Positions 1 through 11,634 of a DNA stretch of 64,000 nucleotides are shown in pieces (positions within the stretch are counted from its first letter, which is position 1; every line of letters starts with the position of its first letter). Origin of the DNA: Ramazzottius varieornatus (taxonomy: Eukaryota > Animalia > Tardigrada). Location: contig BDGG01000009.1 of the NCBI GenBank assembly GCA_001949185.1, positions 1,663,624-1,727,623 of the forward strand. Reading direction: 5' to 3'. Below the pieces are notes generated by a model. It was not told the origin of the DNA and ran no database searches. It saw only the letters and a program-made list of their open reading frames with translations. The position numbers and the translations under genes were made by a program.

Positions 1-2789
1 CAATGCCAGCGAGTTGAGTGACTCGGTGGTGGCCGATCAGTATGTTGAGCCGCTGGACGCCTCTCGTGTCCACCCGGAAACGTACGATTGGGCCAGGAAG
101 ATGGCCGTGGACGCCCTGGACTACGATGACTCGGTCGATGGAGCCAACCCTAGTGAGGCACTGCAGGAAGTGCTGGAGAAGCCCGGCTGCCTGATGGAAC
201 TCAACCTGGATGCCTTCGGTGACGAACTGGAGAAGCAGAACTTGGGCAACAAGCGCATCACCCTCTACGAAATTCAACAAGAACTCCACGAACGATTCCG
301 AGAAACTCGCTTGCCCTATACTTCCCCCGATGATGCCACCGTCTTCTCCATGATCGTCGGAGAATCCATCGACGACTACAGAATAGGCAGACTGATGACG
401 GTGACGGTAAGTCGCTGTGGCAAAGGCAGCACGTCGGCCACACCTCTGTGTGCTGACGTCGCTCAGGCTAATTTGGGGGTGGCTGGCTTACCGATTATGG
501 CCGAACTGGTCTTCCTGTTACGCTTCAATAAGTGACTGTGGTTTCAGGTGCTTAATTTCCGTTACTTTTGGAAGAACAGAAACCCCGACCACTTCCCTCC
601 GGACTATCAGAACAGAGGGCTAGGCTTGATGGTTCCAGCGAAAGCAGCCGCCGTAGAAGGAGGGGGTAAGGCGGGCGACACCGACTGGTTCTGCCCCAAG
701 TGTCGACGACGGGGCTTCGAGACCAATCAAGATGTCTTCGACCATATGAACCCAGGCATCCCCACCTTCGACTGTCCGGGCATCATGGACGCCGTCTCGG
801 TGAGGCTGGACAATGGCGTCTTTGGCAAAATTGTCCTGGAGAACCTCAGCGACCGACGGGTAGTCTTTCCACAGGAGCGAGTCAAGGTAAGTACTGCTCC
901 ACATCAAGCTTGATTGCACTGCCCTAATTTCGATGGCTTGCTTGTAGGCTGGAATGGCTATCCACGCGCGTTTGCTGCATTTGGAGCCAGCAAAGTTCCT
1001 GGCTGAATTCACTTCCAAGACGTCGGACCTGGTCGACAACGAGAACCGCTTCAAGCCAACCAAGGACAAGCACTACGACTACGCTGCTGAGAGCCTGGCG
1101 GTGGAACGGGAAAACAAGAAGCTGAACCAACTGGCTCCTAAGCCGTAAGTGTTTTCCTTCAAGGTAGGAGCTCGGCCAACAACGTCGACAAGATCAGCTG
1201 GTCAAGTGGCGCACGGTGTCAGCCATAATGACAGATGCCATGCGCCACTGGAGAAAGCTGGCCCGGCTCCAGCTCCAATACTGTACAGCAAGAGCAAAGT
1301 GTGGCGTATGACTCTGTTGGACTGTGCTTTGACAGGACATTCTTGAAGAGAGTCATTGCGCATCCAGCCTTTAAGAACATCAACTACGAGGAGGCCGAGA
1401 GGTACCTGAAGAACGCGGCCCCTGGTGAAGCCGTCATTCGGCCCAGCAGCAAAGGCAGCAACAAGCTGACCGTGTCCTGGAAGGTGGCCGAAGGCATCCT
1501 GGACCACGTCGAAGTCTTGGAGCAAGACAAGGAGAACGCTTTCAGCTTGGGTCAGAAGCTGCTCATTCAGATCGGAGACGAAACCGAAGTATGTCATCTT
1601 CTGTCAACATCTGTTCGATAGTACCCAAGTCCGTTCGAATCGAGCAGTGTCACGGATAATGAAATGATAAGCCCATTTTGCTGTTGTAGACGTATGACGA
1701 TCTGGATGAAATTCTGGCTCGATTCATCAATCCGATGACTCTGCTGGTAAACGAGATGTTGCAACACAAGTACTATGTCGACTCGCATTTCGGCCAGTCT
1801 GTAGTGTCGCATAGTCAACAGCGAGCCGTCATCGACAAGTGGCTGATCGAGCAGAAGCAAGCCATGCCGGCCAGAGTTCCCTTCTGCTTCAGCGCCTTCT
1901 GCCTCCTACCCAAAAAGTTCTTTCTCTGCCATCTGCCCAACCAGAATGTCCGAGAAGAGTTCGTGACGGTTGGCCCCAATGGTTACATGTACAGAAGACG
2001 TCCCTTCAAGACCATCAACCACTTGATCAAGTACTTCAAGGACCATTTCCACGAGGCACCTCCAGGTATCATTTGCCCTTCCCTCCTTGCTTTTTTTCTT
2101 CTTGCATATCCCAGCCCATTTTGCCTTGTCTGTAGCTTCGACTGTGAGCGGCAATCAGTCAGTGACGATGAGCATGTCCATCAGTGCCGCAACACCAGGT
2201 GGCATCATCACTCCTCGACATACCCAACTTCTCAACCAAGCTTTCTCCTCTCTTCCATCCAACATCCTCGATAAGTTACGAGATGCTGGTGTTAACGCTA
2301 AAGGGGTAAGTAAGGCCAAAGTGCGCTGACTATTTAAGATGTGGGCAAATGAAACGTACCACATCGTTTTCCTAAATGGCGCACACCTCCAGCTAACAAC
2401 AATGACAACGTGCACCGCTTGGGCAAACGATCTGCTCGAGCTTGTTTTGCCGTTTCTCATTAAATGATAGTGTTTTTCAGTTTTTTTGAAGAGTCGGAAA
2501 TTGATCATTATCTTGGTTTTGACAGGTTGGGGGAACTCCGATGGCTTTCGCTACACCTCGGACACCTTCCGGTAACCATGCCGCAGGAGTTCGGGGCACT
2601 CCGTCCAGCTCTACACCGGCGGGATGGGGATCTGCGGGACTAACGTGGAATCGACAGGCACAGCCCCACGGTACGCCCAACGCCCCCAACACACCACAAG
2701 AAGGCACTCCGCAGTCCACCACCAACTGGAGTGCCGCAGGAAACTTCTGGGGCAGCTCGCAGAACAACCCAGGCAATGCCCAACGTTAA
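1..2789 (+). CDS. SUPT6H: Transcription elongation factor SPT6, 3' part (HhH, S1, tandem SH2, low-complexity tail); multi-exon, 5' end outside window
   Basis: Translated motifs EPLDASRVHPETYDWARKMAVDAL, VRLDNGVFGKI, RVIAHPAFKNI, IRPSSKGSNKLTVSWKV, LIKYFKDHF. Inferred introns 408-547, 887-947, 1145-1335, 1589-1689, 2066-2135, 2306-2525. Confidence 0.95.
1168..1270. repeat. Intronic palindromic element (AAGTGGCGCAC family), monomer, SPT6 intron 1145-1335
   Basis: gagctcggcc...caagtggcgcac-loop-tgcgccactgg. Confidence 0.8.
2344..2452. repeat. Intronic palindromic element, monomer, SPT6 intron 2306-2525
   Basis: atcgttttcctaaatggcgcac-25nt-gtgcaccgcttgggcaaacgat. Confidence 0.8.
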
Positions 2790-3127
2790 TAAGGACCCTT
2801 TTTGTTCGCTTCTCCCAGTACGAGACATGTTTTTACCAGAGTACATGTTTTATCGGGCCAGTCTTATCCTAGTAATTTTCACCAAGATACACTGAACTGC
2901 TCTTCTTCTACTCGATAAATATCTTCTGATAAACTGATAACTCCAGCTTTGTGTATACGCTTCTTCTGTTGTCTAGAAAATTTGTAAAATTCAAGAAAAA
3001 GCTTTGTGTCGAACATGAATACATCGGAAAAAACGTGCGGAGCTCAAACTGGGAAAACAGGCAAATGCCGATGCAAGCATAAAGTACCAAACGGGCATGC
3101 AAGCCGTAACCAAAAATCTACAACTAT

Positions 3128-4032
3128 TTACTTGTTCGTTGTCGTTGATCGATGAAGTTCTTGGTATACCGCTTTCATGGCTTTCTTGTTCAATCCCGTT
3201 TCCTTCCGGTAAAATTTAAAGATCTTGCCTCGTCCGTTAATGAGAGTGACGTTGGTCAGGACCAACGTCTGGACGGATGAAGGAATAGCCGGAAGTGCTT
3301 CCAGTGGAAGACGACCGTTCGTAAAAGTCAATCTCTTTAGCAGGGGACATCTGTTCGCCAGACTTCTAACGATGGCTACACTAGCCAGTGTATAGGCAGG
3401 AGAAACGGTGGTGCAGGAGAAGGTCAAGTTGACCGTTTCATGATTTACACCCACTTTGAGATACTTGGCGGTGGCCTGTAGTCCAATGGAAGCTGCGTTA
3501 CAGAGGTTCACCTTCTGGAAGAAGGCTGGTGTGTTCAGATTCAACCTCCATCTTTTGCACACCCTGTAAAGATACTATGAGTAATAATAGATGCAGTCGA
3601 CAGCGACACAGTCCCGAATAATAATGATTCGCGCGGTTCCTGGTGCTCTTTTCCTACGAAGAAGACTGACAAGGCCGTGCTTGGCACAAACTTGACGGAC
3701 ATTATCGTAGAAAGATGCCACAAAGCTGTTTCACAGTACGCATACCTCGTCGATCTCCGCTGATCAGTCATTGGTAGCATCTTGAGAATGCGCACTAGGA
3801 TTTCGTTGGGAAGATTCATTATTGGTCCTTGTGGTGAATCTGGGTCCACATTTGACTGTGAACGCGTGTGAACGGCGTTCTTCGGCTGGGGAGGCAGGCG
3901 CAGTCGTTTGGCTGCAGCCTTGCGGATAGCGTCCAGTGCTGCTGCATCCGCCGCCCGTTTGATACGTCTGCTGGATAGTGCTGACGGTTGACTGGCTGGC
4001 TTTGGACGTCTCTGGCGTGTATTCTTCTCCAT
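3128..4032 (-). CDS. F-box protein with LRR-like C-terminal part, 2 exons
   Basis: IMNLPNEILVRILKML...STR|VCKRW F-box is rebuilt across intron 3564-3745; LANRCPLLKRLTF is LRR-like. Start codon uncertain. Confidence 0.75.
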
Positions 4033-4652
4033 TTCCGTTATAAGGGATCCGTCCAACGGGAAAATATCCAAGGGACGTTCCCTCCAACACAGCGTGGGCA
4101 AACTGCCGTCTGGGAAGTGAGGACTTTAACAGTTCAGTACAGATCGCAGACTAGTGTAGTATTCAGATCCAACACCAGGCTTTGTCGAGGTTGTCCGGAA
4201 ATGCTGTCCTGCGAGGAAGCCAGAGTCTGCGAACTGACAAGAGCGAAGTTGGACGCCTTCCAACAAGTGCCAGACGATCCATTGATTTGCTTGTTTGCGA
4301 AGTCTGGGTGCTGTTATGACGTCATTTTGTGGCAACTAGCGGCGGCCAGCGCTGCTCACTCACTTCATTGCTCCGGGGCGCTCCCTTGAAGATCTCATCG
4401 GGGGCCTGGAAGAACCACCACAGTCAATCCTTGGACGACAAGGCGGACAATGCAAGGTCCATCGGGCAATACTCAAAGTCCGCCAGAGCTGATAAACTGC
4501 GCCAGCGGGACGAAGCTGTTAAACATTTTCGCTGTGGTCCATACTACCGAAGAACACTACTAGTTTCCTTTCTATTTTATCACCAGTTTTCCGTAATGAT
4601 TTCATTCTATCAAAACGACACTGAACTCGCCAACAAGTCAAGGATTACAATA

Positions 4653-7203
4653 TTAAATTTTGCGAGTCATCCGCAAAATGGCTTTCAAATCATCTCGTTG
4701 CTTGTCGTAGGTTGCTTGTTGTCTTTTCCACCCATCCAGACTTCGCCGGTACATGGGCAGGTTGATCTTATTCATGATGAACCTGCCAAACTCGTTGGTC
4801 CGAAGCTTCTCCTCTGAAGGTACCAATTTCTCAACCAGCTCCTGACGGTGCTGAGGGTCGACAGACTTCCAAATACTGTCAAAAATGCGACTTCCGGTTT
4901 TCGTGCAGGCCAAGTCGGCTACCACATCTTTCAGGTTTCGCAAGAAGGTTCTGTAAAAGTTATTGTTTCCCTTCTGAGCCTGAAGAACTTTCTCCTGCAA
5001 AAGAAAGAATGACCAATCACTGGAAACATTCTTTAAACTATTTGGGAGGCAGGCAGACTCGAGCAGACTACTTGCCCAAGTGGGGCGCACCTTCGGCCGA
5101 CATCACTGAAAGTGTGCGCCACTTGGAACAACAATCTAGTCGAGTTTGTTTGCCGAACTGTCATTTTCTTCCCCGACGTACCACGGCGAACGACCCGAAG
5201 TTGTTGGAGCAAAATCCAACGAGAAGTGCAGTGTTTAGCTTCAAAAAGCTGTTGGTAACAGAGCCAGCTTCTTTGAAGTGACACAAGGCCTGCAAAATCT
5301 GCGACCCGGGCATACAGAGGTTGTGGACGGTCTCTTGTGGGTCTTTGCGAAAGTTCTTCGGCTGCAGAGCTCCAAGCATGATGACGAAGTAGTCGCGCTT
5401 CTGGTCGTCATTCCATCCATTTGGTCCATGTTGGCCGTAAAAGTTCTTGAGGGCCGTCAGGACGCTCTTCTGGCACTGGTTCCATTCTGTTGCGGAGCCG
5501 TGTCGCCCACATACCGCCTTCTTTTGTCCTTCATCGGCTAATTTCTGCACTAGTCGAACTAGAACCATCCAGTGGCCGCTTTGAGAAAGGGTAGACAAAT
5601 TGGAGCAGACCATGTTGGTCAGTAAAAGTAAGAGGGACATGTCAGTGCAAAACTCGATAACTCTGATAAAAACGTGGTTTGAGTTTGGGTAGCTAAGAAA
5701 GTTCGTCATTTGGAAGTCAGAGTTGGACATTGTGTTGAGGATCTTGCCGAAGACTGTGGGTGAGGAGACTGCCACCGTAAGCTCCATCAGGCGAGACCCA
5801 TACCGATCCAAGGAAAGTTCTTCGTACTTGTCGGCGAGAATCTCCATCAGCATGTCGGCCGCAATCTTTCGTTTTCGTTTCTTCCCTTCCGCCACTTCAC
5901 TCGTCGTTCCAGAACAGATCAGTTCGTACATCCGCGAGGCAACCAACAACGACTACTAACCAAAGATCGTATATGGGAGCTCCGTAAACAAAACCGAGCA
6001 GATCGTTTTCCCAAGTGGCGCACGTTCCAGCCAATATCGCTAAAAAGGTGCGCCACTTGGGAAAACGATCTGCTCGGTTTGGTCTCAGTTACCTGCAAAA
6101 TGACACTTCCGGACGCCGATTTACATCCCGAAACGACACTTTCCGTCTTGACGGCGCCGGTAGATTCATCGAGAAATATTCGCTCAACGGCTGATATCGC
6201 GGCGTTGAGGTTTCTTCGCTCGCTTTTGGACAACATGTCGTTTTGCAAGCCGGAAGACTTTGCGGAGTCATCCTTGTTGTAAGTAAGAACGAACTCTGAT
6301 GAGCTTTTCGAATCATACAGTGTTATGGATAGTTGACTGTTCTTGAATTCGTAGTGTAGAACTCGACAAATTCTAAGCAGCATCTTTTCGATGACGTGGG
6401 CGGCATAGACGTTGTCCGTGAGAATTTGCGGCTGGAGAAGTAAGCGCGTAACGAAGGACCGAAGCAACTTGTCGTCGACCTTTGCTGTGTTTCTTGCCAG
6501 GCACTCGAAGATACATTCCACTATATGGCTGGCGCAGGAATGACATGCTAGGTTCTGCAACAAATTCGCATCTTTTTCTGATTCGTCCATAAACGTGGAT
6601 ACGAGACTGTGTATTCCTGTATAGCATAAGACCTTGCTGTTACTAACTACAAAGTCTCTCTGAAGAACTCAACCCATACGCCTTTAACCCGTACCTTCAA
6701 CGCCTGTGAGCTTCAACAAGTACTCCAACACGAAACTCAGTTCTTTGTCTTTGGCGATGGCCACTTCTTGTCCTTTGATATGTTGGAAGATAGCTCCGTA
6801 TCTCGAAGGACCGTCATCGTCGTCGTCGTCGTCGTCATCGGCCACTTCTTCCGATACTTTGTCATCCACCGGACCTCTATTCACAGCTTCCTCCAGATCC
6901 ACCTATAGTTTAGAGAATGTTCCGCTCATCAAGATCATCAAGACTACAGAGGCAGGTTACCTTAATTGCTCGTAAATACAGCCTCTCGTCGTCGGTCAAG
7001 ATCGCCAGCTCTTCAGCAGGCTGGTCATAAACCGCGACAGTTGTACTGACAAAGTCTGCCGAATGCTCTGCCTTCATCCGTCGTTTCTTTCCAGCCGACG
7101 CTTCTTCTGGTGGCTCAAGGTTGTCGTATTTGGAAACACTTCTCTTGCGGCCATCATCCACTTCCGGTCCCGACGACTGTCCTTTTGACGCTCGCTTAGT
7201 CAT
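4653..7203 (-). CDS. NOP9: Nucleolar protein 9 (Pumilio/PUF-like repeats)
   Basis: Divergent PUF repeats: LACHSCASHIVE, LSLDRYGSRLME, PNSNHVF, NNFGSFAVEK, LACTKTGSRIFDSIW. Introns include 4995-5181 and 5953-6092. Confidence 0.85.
5047..5161. repeat. Intronic palindromic element, monomer, NOP9 intron 4995-5181
   Basis: ccaagtggggcgcac-23nt-gtgcgccacttgg...gtcgagtttgtttgccgaactg. Confidence 0.85.
5991..6080. repeat. Intronic palindromic element, perfect 33-bp arms, NOP9 intron 5953-6092
   Basis: aaaccgagcagatcgttttcccaagtggcgcac (5991-6023), 24-nt loop, exact reverse complement at 6048-6080. Confidence 0.95.
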
Positions 7204-7667
7204 GATTCCGCCTTTATTTACGTCCACAGAAATTCTGCGAGTTCCGCGCTGTAGCTCCAGGTATAGGTAGAAGACATGCAGCTCAAAGAAATCTAAATGC
7301 CGAACAACGGAAGTGAGCTGGAAGAAAGTCTTTAATAATTAGGAAGAGTTACGCAATGGTATATTATGGACAGCTGACAAAGTGGAGAAATGAAACGTCA
7401 TGGTTCACCAAATGGTTCACTTGAACAGCCCTTGATTGTGTGATTATGGTACATACTGGAACCGAATATTACGTCACTGCCAAAGTGCTGTTCTCTTTAC
7501 GCAGTGTTTGTGTTGTTAAATGACTTTGTTGTGGTTTTCTGGCTTTTGCGGAAAGAATCTTGCTATCTGTATGTACTCTGTTCGGTGGTCAACAGGCAAT
7601 AACGAACTACCGTAATACATAGGTGATTTTCTCCCTGTGTGATTGGTTTCAGGGGCCGGAAGAAAGC

Positions 7668-9606
7668 ATGTGGCGGTCAGCAGCCGTGACGGAGGAGGCC
7701 GACGGCGAGACGGAGCCCTTGGACAGCCAACCCGTCTCCTTCTTCGTGTCGAATTCGCGTCGAGCTTCAGATGAAAGCAGTGGAGTCTCCCGTTCGTTAT
7801 CGTCGGAAACTTCGCGTCATCGTCAGTCCAGGTTCTTCCTTTTCCATACGTTCCAGCTGAACTGCCAAAGTGGTGGCGCAGTAGTACTTCCGCCTGTCTG
7901 TTCGACGGGCTCGAGGATACTGGTGGCTTCTCGCAATGACTCCGTTTATTGCCTTTACTTTCACATCACTTCTGTGACGACAAACGGAGTGGAGGAGATA
8001 GTTCTGGCGCCGAAAGTCCAGATGGTTACTTCACTTCCGCTGCATAGAGGGTGGAAGTTTGGAGCCTTCGTCAGCCACATTCTCCCTGTCCACGACCACG
8101 AAGGCTCTTCCAAAGACTACTATGCACTGGCTTATCTGTCCGATAAACCTTCGTCAGTGAAACCACCGGTATGAAGCTTAAGACTTCGTTCTTTTTGTCC
8201 AATACCGTAATGCAACGTAGGCTATGTTGCGGTTGCAGAATATCAATCCGGAACCGCAGACGTCCTCCGGCTCCAGTTATGTAGTAACTGTGATCACGAC
8301 GGTGTCTCAAGACGAAGAGCTCAATCGCTTGTACTGTAAGGGAAAAGAACAGAATTGTTGATCGTAGGTCCGAAGAACGAAAGTAAATGTTGTAAGTTTA
8401 CGTGTTTTTTGCCATTAGACAGTCACATTGTGGTACCCTTTGCTCCACATGGATGTAATCCACTGGCGTGGTACGTTATCGGTCCGGGCATTCCTATACA
8501 TTCAAGACCGACCCACGAAACTGAGGTCTGAAGTGTCCCTTGGTTCTTGCAGGTGGACGAAGCCCGGCCAGCAGCAGATTTCCTTGCTGATACCGAGCCA
8601 GAAGGAGCAGATGTACGAAGCCAGGCTTTCCCTTTCCGGCGAAGAGTCGATGGTAGGTCTTCTTTCCTTCTAGCGGAACTCTCTCAGCTCGATGGGTCGT
8701 ACAAGGCTGGAGCTTAACGATGTTCTTGTTTAGTAGGATCAATCGGGATTGGCTCTCGAATCTTTATCGGAGTCGGATGTGGGCCTGATGCTCAAGGCAA
8801 GCTGGTAAGCCAAAAGCATTCACACGGTTACTGAGTTTACCGTATCGTACGTGAATAAAATTTTGCTGGTTTCAGCGTCAATGCTCTGGAGTACGTTGAC
8901 GTGGAGAAACATTCTCTTCGAATCATGGCTGTTTCGCAAGGTCCCCGATCGCTTGTCGCATGCTTCACTTTCAGCTGGCTTACGCAAGGTGAGTGGGAAA
9001 CCAATCTTGAAGAAGTGGCGCTGGGACTTCCGGGTGGCCTGACTTTTGTTTCTGTGGAATTAGAATGGAGAAGACTTTGGTCTGCTCAGCACGATTCCAT
9101 GACGTCAAAGATGCGCCTGTTCTGGACAGGAGACCAGTTGAACTTGCTGGTCATTGGGCTCTTGGAAGTTGCTGTTCTTTACCTGTAAGCTGTCAGTGGA
9201 AAGAAAGCCTTTGCCAACATGCCGTACTTCTTACTTAAGATGATTTTTCTTACAGTGATATTATGTCAAGTGAGAGACCTGTGTGTGTTGCTCTACAAGG
9301 AAGTAACCAGTACGACGTTGTGACATGCGCGGACGTGGGGGTCATGGACAACCAACCTATGGTTCTTCTTGGAACATACGGCAAGGTAAGGTTGGCTTTA
9401 CGTGCTATCGAAGAGAGTTCACCTAAGCCTGATTCTTGTAGGCTGTTTTGATATACATCAAGGACGAACATCGCGCTTTCCGCCTTCAAGTCCTCGAGAC
9501 ATCCTGCCCTGTTTGTTTTGTGGCATTCACTGCAATGACGAGCTCTGTGAAAGCCGAGTTAGTTGTGCTGACACAAAGGGGCCTTCAGGTTTACTACGTA
9601 ACCTGA
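7668..9606 (+). CDS. KPTN: Kaptin-like protein (KICSTOR subunit), multi-exon; ends approximate
   Basis: LLVIGLLEVAVLY, LQGSNQYDVVTCADV...PMVLLGTYGK and ELVVLTQRGLQVY resemble the kaptin C-terminal region as I recall it. Confidence 0.65.
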
Positions 9607-10395
9607 CATACTCCTTATTCTTTCTGTACAAGGCGTTCTTCGAGAAGAAAACTCTGCTCTTTGGCAAGCTGTTCGGCCTATTCGGTATTTGTTTTATATC
9701 TTTGTCCAGACTGAGCATCAGTTTTTCGATAAGCATTGTGGACTAGTGTCAACTGGGCTGTTACTGAGGGTTTGCTATGTTTCTGAAATTGTGGACCACT
9801 TTGCAGTCTGCTTCGAAGTATAAAAGAATCATCTCGGGCTTGTGGATTCTCGATATGAATACTCTGGTCGAGGTCGCTGCCTCCATCAAGCGCAACACGC
9901 TCAGGGCCTTCGCGATCGGTGCAGTTCGTTTCAACTTTAGTTTCTCCTCGCGCCACTTTATCGTAGCTTGACTTTATACTGAGAGATTTTCTCTACTCCT
10001 AGCGCCCGACTTTGAACAGACTTTCAAGTTACGTGGTGGAAGAAACGGGAGCACGTTATCGGAGAGACGAACGTAGAGCAACAGTGAACGCCAATATCTT
10101 ACTGGAAAATAATTCTGTAGGCACGTACCAAAGGACGAAATCAAAGCAAAGTAAGACATCAGCGGAAAACCCGCGAAAATAATAGGCCAGCAAAAGCAGA
10201 AAACAATACACGCACATACACCAGGAAATGAAAGGATACGTCTAAAAAATAAAATCAGCAAAGAAAGCAAATCACCCAAGCTGATACAGCTCACAACCGG
10301 TAAAAAATCTATCTATAAAACCATCAGAAACGACACTGGAAAGAAATCCACACCCAGAAATGAAAGACGGTACAGGAAATACAGAAAAAAAATCC

Positions 10396-11215
10396 CTATG
10401 CCAGATTACTGGCCAAGTGGATTCTCAGTCGGAGAACAGCTCCATCGGCGGAGACTGTGTTGTTCTGGCTTGAAAGAACAGCCGCCTCGGCGCTTGTTCG
10501 ATTGTGGAAGATAACATGGCCTCTTCGGTTCGAATCTGCAATGAAACACCAGTCAATTATTACAAACGTATACTCAGCCATGTGAATGCAATCGTGCGCA
10601 GCTTCCGGTTGGACATTTCTTACCGATGGCTGCATGCTCGACGATGCCGAAGGCTTGAAAGTGGACCAGGAGTTCTCTATCCATCCAGCGATCAGGGATT
10701 CCGAAGACGACTACCTTTACGCAGTAGTCTCGGGTCGGAGGAAGGGCAACATCAACCTGAAAGGCAACAAGGAAGTGCAGAGCAAAGCCAGCTTGAATAC
10801 GAAATCAGCCAAACGATCGTACCTTCACATCCTTGTGGTCGATGAGGATACCATGCCCGAAGTGTTCCCTGGCCCGCTCGAAGAAGGCCAGTGCACGATC
10901 CAAGTCCTCTCTGCTCCGGAATCTTATAAATCCCAAGCCAATACAATCGCCAATAATACCTGAGAGTACAGCTGGACTTAGCAACAAACCAGGGAAGAAA
11001 ACGTTGGATCCCGGTTCTGAGAAACAAGATACGCCGTCACAGTCTCGCAGATAGAACTCACCACGGTCTCCGTCACAGGTTCGCTGCGTAAACCGCACCG
11101 TGTTACAGTCCTCGACCCCCTGAAGCAGGCAGAACATCTCCCGGAACATGCTGTCAGTGATGTCTGGAGGAAGAAAGCAGGCTTTGAGCTGAGACTGATG
11201 ACAATTCTGTGCCAT
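10396..11215 (-). CDS. RNA-binding protein with two divergent RRM domains
   Basis: RRM1 FLPPDITDSMFREMF...GLGFIRFRSREDLDRAL; RRM2 VVVFGIPDRWMDRELLVHFQAFGIVE...RGHVIFHNRTSAEAAV across two GT-AG introns; U-rich presumptive 3' UTR at about 10000-10390. Confidence 0.65.
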
Positions 11216-11634
11216 GATGATTGATCGTGTGATGGGAGTCCAGAGAGAGTCCAGGGGAAAAACCTGCAAAAAGAGCTGCAAAAGGGAATACGTGCTTGGA
11301 CAGAAATGGCACTGAGGAAGAGCCGGAAACAAACTTTCGTCAGAACTCAGAAGAAAAACGAATTGGAAGGAAATTCCGAAAATCCCGAGAGGTCATGAAA
11401 GCGTGACCCGGATCTCCTGGATCGTGATTGTAACCTTCGCCCAGGGCCAGCAGGAAGCAGCCCAGTGTCCACTTGTCACAGAACTGACAGAAGAGGCTGT
11501 CCAGATTTGGCTGGGTAACCTTCGATCTCTTCGCCCGGCGAGCCCAGGGGAAACCAGGTGCGATCTTGTTGACCTCAGCATGCCAATTTCCGGCAATTTT
11601 TTGCCGACGATAGGAGCTTTCAGTCTGTGGACAG

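Noticed and set aside
690-790. CxxC...H...C insert in the SPT6 S1 region
   Set aside because: Metazoan SPT6 normally has this Cys-containing insert.
5953-6092. Element as an introner that creates the whole intron
   Set aside because: The repeat does not reach the GT/AG ends and flanking intron sequence differs between loci, so it looks inserted within introns. Comparing intron positions with orthologues would settle it.
9527-9971. Short ORFs between KPTN and the RRM gene
   Set aside because: No recognisable domain or consistent splice path; possibly UTR.
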